Assembly (NCBI GenBank): GCA_964016885.1
Contig: OZ024748.1
Span: 30,938,001-31,002,000, forward strand
Source: Eledone cirrhosa
Lineage: Eukaryota
Direction of reading: 5' to 3'
DNA: 64,000 nucleotides
Part shown: piece by piece, positions 50,603 to 62,600 of the stretch
Numbering within the stretch: the first letter of the stretch is position 1
How the letters are laid out: every line of letters begins with the position of its first letter
Notes under the pieces: model-generated
Told to the model about the DNA's origin: nothing
The model's database searches: none
What the model saw: only the letters and a program-made list of their open reading frames with translations
Program-made: the position numbers and the translations under genes

Positions 50603-53600
50603 TTAGACTTAGACTAAGACGTAGACTTAAACCTCAACCCCGGAACTTAGACTTAGACTTAAACCACAACCCAAAGCATTACTCATAGACATAATCTCCA
50701 ACTCCAAGCCTTAGACTTAGACTTCAACCCGAAGCCCAAGCCTTAGACTTAGACTTAATCCTCAACAGTGAGCTTTAGATTTAGACTTAAACCCCAAGAC
50801 TTTGACATAGATTTAAACCCCTACCACAAGGCATAGAGTTAGACATGAAGATCTAGCGCAAGCGTTAGACTTAGACTTGAACCCCAACCACAAGCATAAG
50901 ACTTAGACTTAAAGCCCAACCCCAAAACTTAGACTTAGACTTAAACCCCAACCCCTAGCCTTAGACTTAAAGCCCAACCCAAAGCCTTAGACTTAAACTT
51001 AAACCCCAACCCCAAGCCTTAGACTTAGACTTAAACCCCAACCATAAGCATTAGACTTAGACTTAAACCCTAACCCAAGCCTTAGACTTAGACGTAAACC
51101 CCAACATTAAGCCTTAGACTTAGATTTAAACCCCAAGCCATAGACATAGATTTAAACCCCAACCCCAAGCCTTAGACTTAGGCTTAAACACCAACCTCCA
51201 AGCCTTACATTTAGATTTAAACCTAAAACCAAAGCCTTAGACATAGACTTAATTCCCAACCCGAACACTTAGACATAAGCCCAAACACAAGCCTCAGACG
51301 TAGACTTAAACCTCTACCCAAAGCCTTAGAATTAGACTTAAACCCCAAACCGAAGCTTTAGACTTAAACTTAAATCCTATCCCTAAGCTTTAGACTTAGA
51401 TTTAAACCCCAACCCCAAGCCTTAGACATAGACTTAAACTTCAACCCAAAGCCTTAGCGTTACACTTAAACCCCAACCCCAAGCATTAGACTTAGACTTA
51501 AAGCCCAACTCCAGGCCTTATATTTAAACCCTAATCCCAAGTCTTAGTCTTAGACTTAAACCCCAACCCCAAGCCTTAGACTTAGACTTAAACCCCAACC
51601 TCAAGTCTTAGACATAGACACTAACCACAAACCAAAGCCTTAGACTTAGAATTAAACCCCAACCACAAACCTTATGCATACACTTAAACCACAACAACAA
51701 GCCTTAGAATTAAACCCTAACAAGTCTTAAAACCGAACACCAACCCCAAGCCTTAGCCCAACCCGTAAACTTAAACCCCAACCCATGCCTTAGATTTAGA
51801 CTTAAACTCCAAACCCAAGCCTTAGACATAGACTTAAACCCCAACTCCAAGCTTTAGACATCGACATAAATCCCAACCACTAGCATTAGACTTACACTTA
51901 AACCCCAACCCAAGGCTTAGACTTAGACTTAAACCCCAATATTAAGCCTTAGACTTAGACTTAAACCCCAACATTAAGCCTTAGACTTAGACTTAAAACC
52001 CAAGTCATAGACATAGATTTAAACCCCAACCTCAAGCCTTAGACTTAGACTTAAACCCCAACCCCAAGCTTTAGACTTAGACGTAATCCCCAATTACACG
52101 CCTTAGAATTAAACCATAAACACAAGCCTTAGACTTAAACATAAACGCCAATCCTTAGACTTAAATCCCAACCCAAAGCGTTAGACTTAGACTTCAACAC
52201 TAACCCCAAGCCTCAGACTTAGATTCAAACCCCAACCCTTAGACTTAGACTAAACCCCAACCCCTAGCCTTAGACTTAAACACTAACCCGAAACCTCAGA
52301 CTTAGACTTAAACCCCAACCCTTTGACGTAAACTTAAACTTAGATATAAACTTAAACCCCAACCTCAAGCCTTAGACTTAGACTTGAACCCCAACTACAA
52401 GATTTAGACTTAGATTTAAACCCCAACCCTAAAGGTTAGACTTTGATTGCAACCCCAACTCCTAGCCTTAGACTTAATCCCAACCCCAAGATTCAGATTT
52501 GTACTTAAACCCCAACCCTTAGACTTAGACTTAAACCCCAACCACAAGCCTTAGATTTCGATTGTAAACCCCAAAACCAATCCTGGGACTTAGACTTAAA
52601 CTCCAACCCCAAGCCTTAGACTTAAACTTAAACCCCAACACATGCCTTAGATTTAGAATGAAATCCCAACACCTTACCTTAGACGTAAACTTAAACCCCA
52701 ATCCCAAGGCTTATACTTTGACTTAAACCCGAACCACAAGCCTTTTACATAGACTTAAACCACAAACCCAAGCCTTAGAATTAAACCCTAATAACAAGCT
52801 TGAGACTTACAACCTAACCCCAAACCCAAACCTTAGCCCAACCCGTAAATTTAAACCCAAACCCAAAGCCTTAGATTTAGACTTAAACTCCAAGACTTAG
52901 ACATAGACTTAAACCCCAACCCCAAGTTTAGAGTTCCACATAAAACCCAACCACAAGCCTTAGACGTAGACTTAAACCCCAACCCCAAGCCTTAGACTTA
53001 GACTTAAACCCCAACTCCAAGCCTCAGAATTAAACCATAACCAGAAGCCTTAGGCATAAACTCCAAACCCAAGCCTTAGACTTTGACTTAAACACCAACT
53101 CCTAGCCTTAGACTTAATCTTAAACCCCAAACCCAAGTCTTAGACTTAGACTTAATCCTCGACGCCCAAGCCTTAGACTTAGATTTAAATACCAACCCCA
53201 GGCCTTAGACTTAGAATTAAACCACAACCCAAAGCCTTAGTCATAGACTTAATCCCCAACACCAAGCCTTAGACTTAGACTTAAACCTAAACCCAAAGCT
53301 TTAGAATTAAACTTAAACCCCAACCCGAAGCCTTAGACTTAGACTTAAACCCGAACCCCAAGCCTTAGACTTAGACTTAATCCACAACATTAAGCTTTAG
53401 ACTTAAACTTAAACCCCAAACCTTAGACATAGATTTAAACCCCAACCACAAGCCTTAGACAAAGATTACACCCCAAGCCCAAGCCTTAGAGTTAGACTTG
53501 AAGCCCAAGCCCAAGCATAAGACTTAGACTTAAACCCCAACCCCAAGCCTTGGTCGTAGCCTTAAACCTCTGCCCAAAGCCCTAGAATGAGCCTTAAACC

Positions 53601-56600
53601 CCAAGCCGAAGCTTTAGACTTAAACTTAAACCCTAACCCAAGTCTTAGACTTAGAGTTAAACCCTAACCCCAAGGCTTAGACTTAGATTTAAACCCCAAC
53701 CCCAAGCCTTAGACTTAGACTTACACCCCAACCCCTAGCCTTAGACGTAAACTTAAACCCCAACTCCAAGCCTCAGACTTAGAATTAAACCCCAGCCCCA
53801 AGCCTTATACATAGACTTAAACCACAACCCCTAGCCTTAGCCCAACCCGTAAACTTAAACCCCAACCCCAAGCCTTAGATTTAGACTTAAACTCCAATCC
53901 TAAGCCTTAGACATAGACTTAAACCCCAACCCAAGCTCTAGACATCGACATAAACCCCAACCACAAGCATTAGACTTAGAACTAAACTCCAACCCCAAGC
54001 CTTAGACTTGAACGCCAACCCCAAGCCTTAGACTTAGACATAAACGCCCTCCCCCAAGCCTTAGACTTAGACTTAAACCCCAAATCGAAGCCTTAGACTT
54101 AAACCCTAACACCAACACTTAGACTTAGACTTAAACCTCAAACCCAAGCCTTAGACGTAAAATTAAACCCCAACTCCAAGACTTAGACTTGAACCCCAAC
54201 CACAAGCATAAGACTTAGACTTAAACACCAACCCCAAGACTTAGACTTAGAATTAAACCCCAACCCCAAGCCTTAGACTTAGACTTAAAGCCCAACCTAA
54301 AGCCTTAGACTTAGACTTAAACCCCAACCCCAAGCCTTAGACATATACTTGAAAACCAACCCCAAGCGTTAGACTTAGATTTAAACCCAACACCAAGCTT
54401 TAGAATTAAACCCTAACACCAAGCCTTCTACTTAAATCCGAAACCAACAGTTAGACTTAGATTTAAACCACAAACCCAAGCCTTAGACTTAGACTTAAAC
54501 CCGAACCTCAAGCCTAAGAGTTAAACACCAACCCCAATTCTTAGTCTTAGATTTAAACCCCACCCTTAGACTTAAACATAAACCCCAAGCGTTAGAATTA
54601 AACAATAACCACAAGCCGTAGACTTAAACCACCTGCATTAGACTTAGATTTAAAGCCAACACCAAGCCTTAGACTTAAACAGTAACCCCAAGCCTTAGAC
54701 GTAAGCCCAAACACCAAGTCTTAGAATTAAACCCTAATACGAACCCTTAGACTTAGACTTAAACCACAAACCCAAGCCTTAGACTTAGACGTAAACGCCA
54801 ACCCAAAGGCTTAGACTTTGACTTTAAACCCTAACCCTTAGACTTAGACGTAAACTTAAACTTAGACTTAGACTTAAACCCCAACCCGAAGCTTAAACTT
54901 AAACACTAACCCCAAGCCTCAGGCTTAGACTTAAACCCCAACCCTTAGACTTAGATATAAACTTAAACTTAGATTTAGACTTAAACCCCAACCCCAAACT
55001 TTATACTTAGACTTAAAACCCAACTCCACAAGTCTTAGTCTTAAATCCCAACCCCAAGCCTTAGACTTAGACTTAAACCCTAACCCCAAGCCTTAGATTA
55101 TACTTAAACCACAAGCCTTAGACTTAGAATTTAAACCCCAATCCCAATCCTGAGACTTAAACTTAAAACCTAACGCCAATCCTTAGACTTATATCCCAAC
55201 CCAAAGCGTTAGACTTAGACTTCAACACTAACCGCAAGCCTCAGACTTAGATTCAAACCCCAACCCTTAGACTTAGACTAAACCCCAACCCCTAGCCTTA
55301 GACTTAAACACTAACCCGAAACCTCAGACTTAGACTTAAACCCCAACCCTTTGACGTAAACTTAAACTTAGATATAAACTTAAACCCCAACCTCAAGCCT
55401 TAGACTTAGACTTGAACCCCAACTACAAGATTTAGACTTAGATTTAAACCCCAACCCTAAAGGTTAGACTTTGATTGCAACCCCAACTCCTAGCCTTAGA
55501 CTTAATCCCAACCCCAAGATTCAGATTTGTACTTAAACCCCAACCCTTAGACTTAGACTTAAACCCCAACCACAAGCCTTAGATTTCGATTGTAAACCCC
55601 AAAACCAATCCTGGGACTTAGACTTAAACTCCAACCCCAAGCCTTAGACTTAAACTTAAACCCCAACACATGCCTTAGATTTAGAATGAAATCCCAACAC
55701 CTTACCTTAGACGTAAACTTAAACCCCAATCCCAAGGCTTATACTTTGACTTAAACCCGAACCACAAGCCTTTTACATAGACTTAAACCACAAACCCAAG
55801 CCTTAGAATTAAACCCTAATAACAAGCTTGAGACTTACAACCTAACCCCAAACCCAAACCTTAGCCCAACCCGTAAATTTAAACCCAAACCCAAAGCCTT
55901 AGATTTAGACTTAAACTCCAAGACTTAGACATAGACTTAAACCCCAACCCCAAGTTTAGAGTTCCACATAAAACCCAACCACAAGCCTTAGACGTAGACT
56001 TAAACCCCAACCCCAAGCCTTAGACTTAGACTTAAACCCCAACTCCAAGCCTCAGAATTAAACCATAACCAGAAGCCTTAGGCATAAACTCCAAACCCAA
56101 GCCTTAGACTTTGACTTAAACACCAACTCCTAGCCTTAGACTTAATCTTAAACCCCAAACCCAAGTCTTAGACTTAGACTTAATCCTCGACGCCCAAGCC
56201 TTAGACTTAGATTTAAATACCAACCCCAGGCCTTAGACTTAGAATTAAACCACAACCCAAAGCCTTAGTCATAGACTTAATCCCCAACACCAAGCCTTAG
56301 ACTTAGACTTAAACCTAAACCCAAAGCTTTAGAATTAAACTTAAACCCCAACCCGAAGCCTTAGACTTAGACTTAAACCCGAACCCCAAGCCTTAGACTT
56401 AGACTTAATCCACAACATTAAGCTTTAGACTTAAACTTAAACCCCAAGCCTTAGACATAGATTTAAACCCCAACCACAAGCCTTAGACAAAGATTACACC
56501 CCAAGCCCAAGCCTTAGAGTTAGACTTAAACCCCAACCCCAAGCCTTGGTCGTAGCCTTAAACCTCTGCCCAAAGCCCTAGAATGAGCCTTAAACCCCAA

Positions 56601-59600
56601 GCCGAAGCTTTAGACTTAAACTTAAACCCTAACCCAAGTCTTAGACTTAGAGTTAAACCCTAACCCCAAGGCTTAGACTTAGATTTAAACCCCAACCCCA
56701 AGCCTTAGACTTAGACTTACACCCCAACCCCTAGCCTTAGACGTAAACTTAAACCCCAACTCCAAGCCTCAGACTTAGAATTAAACCCCAGCCCCAAGCC
56801 TTATACATAGACTTAAACCACAACCCCTAGCCTTAGCCCAACCCGTAAACTTAAACCCCAACCCCAAGCCTTAGATTTAGACTTAAACTCCAATCCTAAG
56901 CCTTAGACATAGACTTAAACCCCAACCCAAGCTCTAGACATCGACATAAACCCCAACCACAAGCATTAGACTTAGAACTAAACTCCAACCCCAAGCCTTA
57001 GACTTGAACGCCAACCCCAAGCCTTAGACTTAGACATAAACGCCCCCCCCAAGCCTTAGACTTAGACTTAAACCCCAAATCGAAGCCTTAGACTTAAACC
57101 CTAACACCAACACTTAGACTTAGACTTAAACCTCAAACCCAAGCCTTAGACGTAAAATTAAACCCCAACTCCAAGACTTAGACTTGAACCCCAACCACAA
57201 GCATAAGACTTAGACTTAAACACCAACCCCAAGAATTAGACTTAGAATTAAACCCCAACCCCAAGCCTTAGACTTAGACTTAAAGCCCAACCTAAAGCCT
57301 TAGACTTAGACTTAAACCCCAACCCCAAGCCTTAGACATATACTTGAAAACCAACCCCAAGCGTTAGACTTAGATTTAAACCCAACACCAAGCTTTAGAA
57401 TTAAACCCTAACACCAAGCCTTCTACTTAAATCCGAAACCAACAGTTAGACTTAGATTTAAACCACAAACCCAAGCCTTAGACTTAGACTTAAACCCGAA
57501 CCTCAAGCCTAAGAGTTAAACACCAACCCCAATTCTTAGTCTTAGATTTAAACCCCACCCTTAGACTTAAACATAAACCCCAAGCGTTAGAATTAAACAA
57601 TAACCACAAGCCGTAGACTTAAACCACCTGCATTAGACTTAGATTTAAAGCCAACACCAAGCCTTAGACTTAAACAGTAACCCCAAGCCTTAGACGTAAG
57701 CCCAAACACCAAGTCTTAGAATTAAACCCTAATACGAACCCTTAGACTTAGACTTAAACCACAAACCCAAGCCTTAGACTTAGACGTAAACGCCAACCCA
57801 AAGGCTTAGACTTTGACTTTAAACCCTAACCCTTAGACTTAGACGTAAACTTAAACTTAGACTTAGACTTAAACCCCAACCCGAAGCTTAAACTTAAACA
57901 CTAACCCCAAGCCTCAGGCTTAGACTTAAACCCCAACCCTTAGACTTAGATATAAACTTAAACTTAGATTTAGACTTAAACCCCAACCCCAAACTTTATA
58001 CTTAGACTTAAAACCCAACTCCACAAGTCTTAGTCTTAAATCCCAACCCCAAGCCTTAGACTTAGACTTAAACCCTAACCCCAAGCCTTAGATTATACTT
58101 AAACCACAAGCCTTAGACTTAGAATTTAAACCCCAATCCCAATCCTGAGACTTAAACTTAAAACCTAACGCCAATCCTTAGACTTAAATCCCAACCCAAA
58201 GCGTTAGACTTAGACTTCAACACTAACCCCAAGCCTCAGACTTAGATTCAAACCCCAACCCTTAGACTTAGACTAAACCCCAACCCCTAGCCTTAGACTT
58301 AAACACTAACCCGAAACCTCAGACTTAGACTTAAACCCCAACCCTTTGACGTAAACTTAAACTTAGATATAAACTTAAACCCCAACCTCAAGCCTTAGAC
58401 TTAGACTTGAACCCCAACTACAAGATTTAGACTTAGATTTAAACCCCAACCCTAAAGGTTAGACTTTGATTGCAACCCCAACTCCTAGCCTTAGACTTAA
58501 TCCCAACCCCAAGATTCAGATTTGTACTTAAACCCCAACCCTTAGACTTAGACTTAAACCCCAACCACAAGCCTTAGATTTCGATTGTAAACCCCAAAAC
58601 CAATCCTGGGACTTAGACTTAAACTCCAACCCCAAGCCTTAGACTTAAACTTAAACCCCAACACATGCCTTAGATTTAGAATGAAATCCCAACACCTTAC
58701 CTTAGACGTAAACTTAAACCCCAATCCCAAGGCTTATACTTTGACTTAAACCCGAACCACAAGCCTTTTACATAGACTTAAACCACAAACCCAAGCCTTA
58801 GAATTAAACCCTAATAACAAGCTTGAGACTTACAACCTAACCCCAAACCCAAACCTTAGCCCAACCCGTAAATTTAAACCCAAACCCAAAGCCTTAGATT
58901 TAGACTTAAACTCCAAGCCTTAGACATAGACTTAAACCCCAACCCCAAGTTTAGAGTTCCACATAAAACCCAACCACAAGCCTTAGACGTAGACTTAAAC
59001 CCCAACCCCAAGCCTTAGACTTAGACTTAAACCCCAACTCCAAGCCTCAGAATTAAACCATAACCAGAAGCCTTAGGCATAAACTCCAAACCCAAGCCTT
59101 AGACTTTGACTTAAACACCAACTCCTAGCCTTAGACTTAATCTTAAACCCCAAACCCAAGTCTTAGACTTAGACTTAATCCTCGACGCCCAAGCCTTAGA
59201 CTTAGATTTAAATACCAACCCCAGGCCTTAGACTTAGAATTAAACCACAACCCAAAGCCTTAGTCATAGACTTAATCCCCAACACCAAGCCTTAGACTTA
59301 GACTTAAACCTAAACCCAAAGCTTTAGAATTAAACTTAAACCCCAACCCGAAGCCTTAGACTTAGACTTAAACCCGAACCCCAAGCCTTAGACTTAGACT
59401 TAATCCACAACATTAAGCTTTAGACTTAAACTTAAACCCCAAACCTTAGACATAGATTTAAACCCCAACCACAAGCCTTAGACAAAGATTACACCCCAAG
59501 CCCAAGCCTTAGAGTTAGACTTGAAGCCCAAGCCCAAGCATAAGACTTAGACTTAAACCCCAACCCCAAGCCTTGGTCGTAGCCTTAAACCTCTGCCCAA

Positions 59601-62600
59601 AGCCCTAGAATGAGCCTTAAACCCCAAGCCGAAGCTTTAGACTTAAACTTAAACCCTAACCCAAGTCTTAGACTTAGAGTTAAACCCTAACCCCAAGGCT
59701 TAGACTTAGATTTAAACCCCAACCCCAAGCCTTAGACTTAGACTTACACCCCAACCCCTAGCCTTAGACGTAAACTTAAACCCCAACTCCAAGCCTCAGA
59801 CTTAGAATTAAACCCCAGCCCCAAGCCTTATACATAGACTTAAACCACAACCCCTAGCCTTAGCCCAACCCGTAAACTTAAACCCCAACCCCAAGCCTTA
59901 GATTTAGACTTAAACTCCAATCCTAAGCCTTAGACATAGACTTAAACCCCAACCCAAGCTCTAGACATCGACATAAACCCCAACCACAAGCATTAGACTT
60001 AGAACTAAACTCCAACCCCAAGCCTTAGACTTGAACGCCAACCCCAAGCCTTAGACTTAGACATAAACGCCCTCCCCCAAGCCTTAGACTTAGACTTAAA
60101 CCCCAAATCGAAGCCTTAGACTTAAACCCTAACACCAACACTTAGACTTAGACTTAAACCTCAAACCCAAGCCTTAGACGTAAAATTAAACCCCAACTCC
60201 AAGACTTAGACTTGAACCCCAACCACAAGCATAAGACTTAGACTTAAACACCAACCCCAAGACTTAGACTTAGAATTAAACCCCAACCCCAAGCCTTAGA
60301 CTTAGACTTAAAGCCCAACCTAAAGCCTTAGACTTAGACTTAAACCCCAACCCCAAGCCTTAGACATATACTTGAAAACCAACCCCAAGCGTTAGACTTA
60401 GATTTAAACCCAACACCAAGCTTTAGAATTAAACCCTAACACCAAGCCTTCTACTTAAATCCGAAACCAACAGTTAGACTTAGATTTAAACCACAAACCC
60501 AAGCCTTAGACTTAGACTTAAACCCGAACCTCAAGCCTAAGAGTTAAACACCAACCCCAATTCTTAGTCTTAGATTTAAACCCCACCCTTAGACTTAAAC
60601 ATAAACCCCAAGCGTTAGAATTAAACAATAACCACAAGCCGTAGACTTAAACCACCTGCATTAGACTTAGATTTAAAGCCAACACCAAGCCTTAGACTTA
60701 AACAGTAACCCCAAGCCTTAGACGTAAGCCCAAACACCAAGTCTTAGAATTAAACCCTAATACGAACCCTTAGACTTAGACTTAAACCACAAACCCAAGC
60801 CTTAGACTTAGACGTAAACGCCAACCCAAAGGCTTAGACTTTGACTTTAAACCCTAACCCTTAGACTTAGACGTAAACTTAAACTTAGACTTAGACTTAA
60901 ACCCCAACCCGAAGCTTAAACTTAAACACTAACCCCAAGCCTCAGGCTTAGACTTAAACCCCAACCCTTAGACTTAGATATAAACTTAAACTTAGATTTA
61001 GACTTAAACCCAACCCCAAACTTTATACTTAGACTTAAAACCCAACTCCACAAGTCTTAGTCTTAAATCCCAACCCCAAGCCTTAGACTTAGACTTAAAC
61101 CCTAACCCCAAGCCTTAGATTATACTTAAACCACAAGCCTTAGACTTAGAATTTAAACCCCAATCCCAATCCTGAGACTTAAACTTAAAACCTAACGCCA
61201 ATCCTTAGACTTAAATCCCAACCCAAAGCGTTAGACTTAGACTTCAACACTAACCCCAAGCCTCAGACTTAGATTCAAACCCCAACCCTTAGACTTAGAC
61301 TAAACCCCAACCCCTAGCCTTAGACTTAAACACTAACCCGAAACCTCAGACTTAGACTTAAACCCCAACCCTTTGACGTAAACTTAAACTTAGATATAAA
61401 CTTAAACCCCAACCTCAAGCCTTAGACTTAGACTTGAACCCCAACTACAAGATTTAGACTTAGATTTAAACCCCAACCCTAAAGGTTAGACTTTGATTGC
61501 AACCCCAACTCCTAGCCTTAGACTTAATCCCAACCCCAAGATTCAGATTTGTACTTAAACCCCAACCCTTAGACTTAGACTTAAACCCCAACCACAAGCC
61601 TTAGATTTCGATTGTAAACCCCAAAACCAATCCTGGGACTTAGACTTAAACTCCAACCCCAAGCCTTAGACTTAAACTTAAACCCCAACACATGCCTTAG
61701 ATTTAGAATGAAATCCCAACACCTTACCTTAGACGTAAACTTAAACCCCAATCCCAAGGCTTATACTTTGACTTAAACCCGAACCACAAGCCTTTTACAT
61801 AGACTTAAACCACAAACCCAAGCCTTAGAATTAAACCCTAATAACAAGCTTGAGACTTACAACCTAACCCCAAACCCAAACCTTAGCCCAACCCGTAAAT
61901 TTAAACCCAAACCCAAAGCCTTAGATTTAGACTTAAACTCCAAGCCTTAGACATAGACTTAAACCCCAACCCCAAGTTTAGAGTTCCACATAAAACCCAA
62001 CCACAAGCCTTAGACGTAGACTTAAACCCCAACCCCAAGCCTTAGACTTAGACTTAAACCCCAACTCCAAGCCTCAGAATTAAACCATAACCAGAAGCCT
62101 TAGGCATAAACTCCAAACCCAAGCCTTAGACTTTGACTTAAACACCAACTCCTAGCCTTAGACTTAATCTTAAACCCCAAACCCAAGTCTTAGACTTAGA
62201 CTTAATCCTCGACGCCCAAGCCTTAGACTTAGATTTAAATACCAACCCCAGGCCTTAGACTTAGAATTAAACCACAACCCAAAGCCTTAGTCATAGACTT
62301 AATCCCCAACACCAAGCCTTAGACTTAGACTTAAACCTAAACCCAAAGCTTTAGAATTAAACTTAAACCCCAACCCGAAGCCTTAGACTTAGACTTAAAC
62401 CCGAACCCCAAGCCTTAGACTTAGACTTAATCCACAACATTAAGCTTTAGACTTAAACTTAAACCCCAAGCCTTAGACATAGATTTAAACCCCAACCACA
62501 AGCCTTAGACAAAGATTACACCCCAAGCCCAAGCCTTAGAGTTAGACTTGAAGCCCAAGCCCAAGCATAAGACTTAGACTTAAACCCCAACCCCAAGCCT

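Noticed and set aside
16103-50606. piggyBac-like or other transposon insertion at TTAA
   Set aside because: TTAA occurs in nearly every monomer, the right junction has TTAG rather than a duplicated TTAA, and there are no distinct terminal repeats or transposase.
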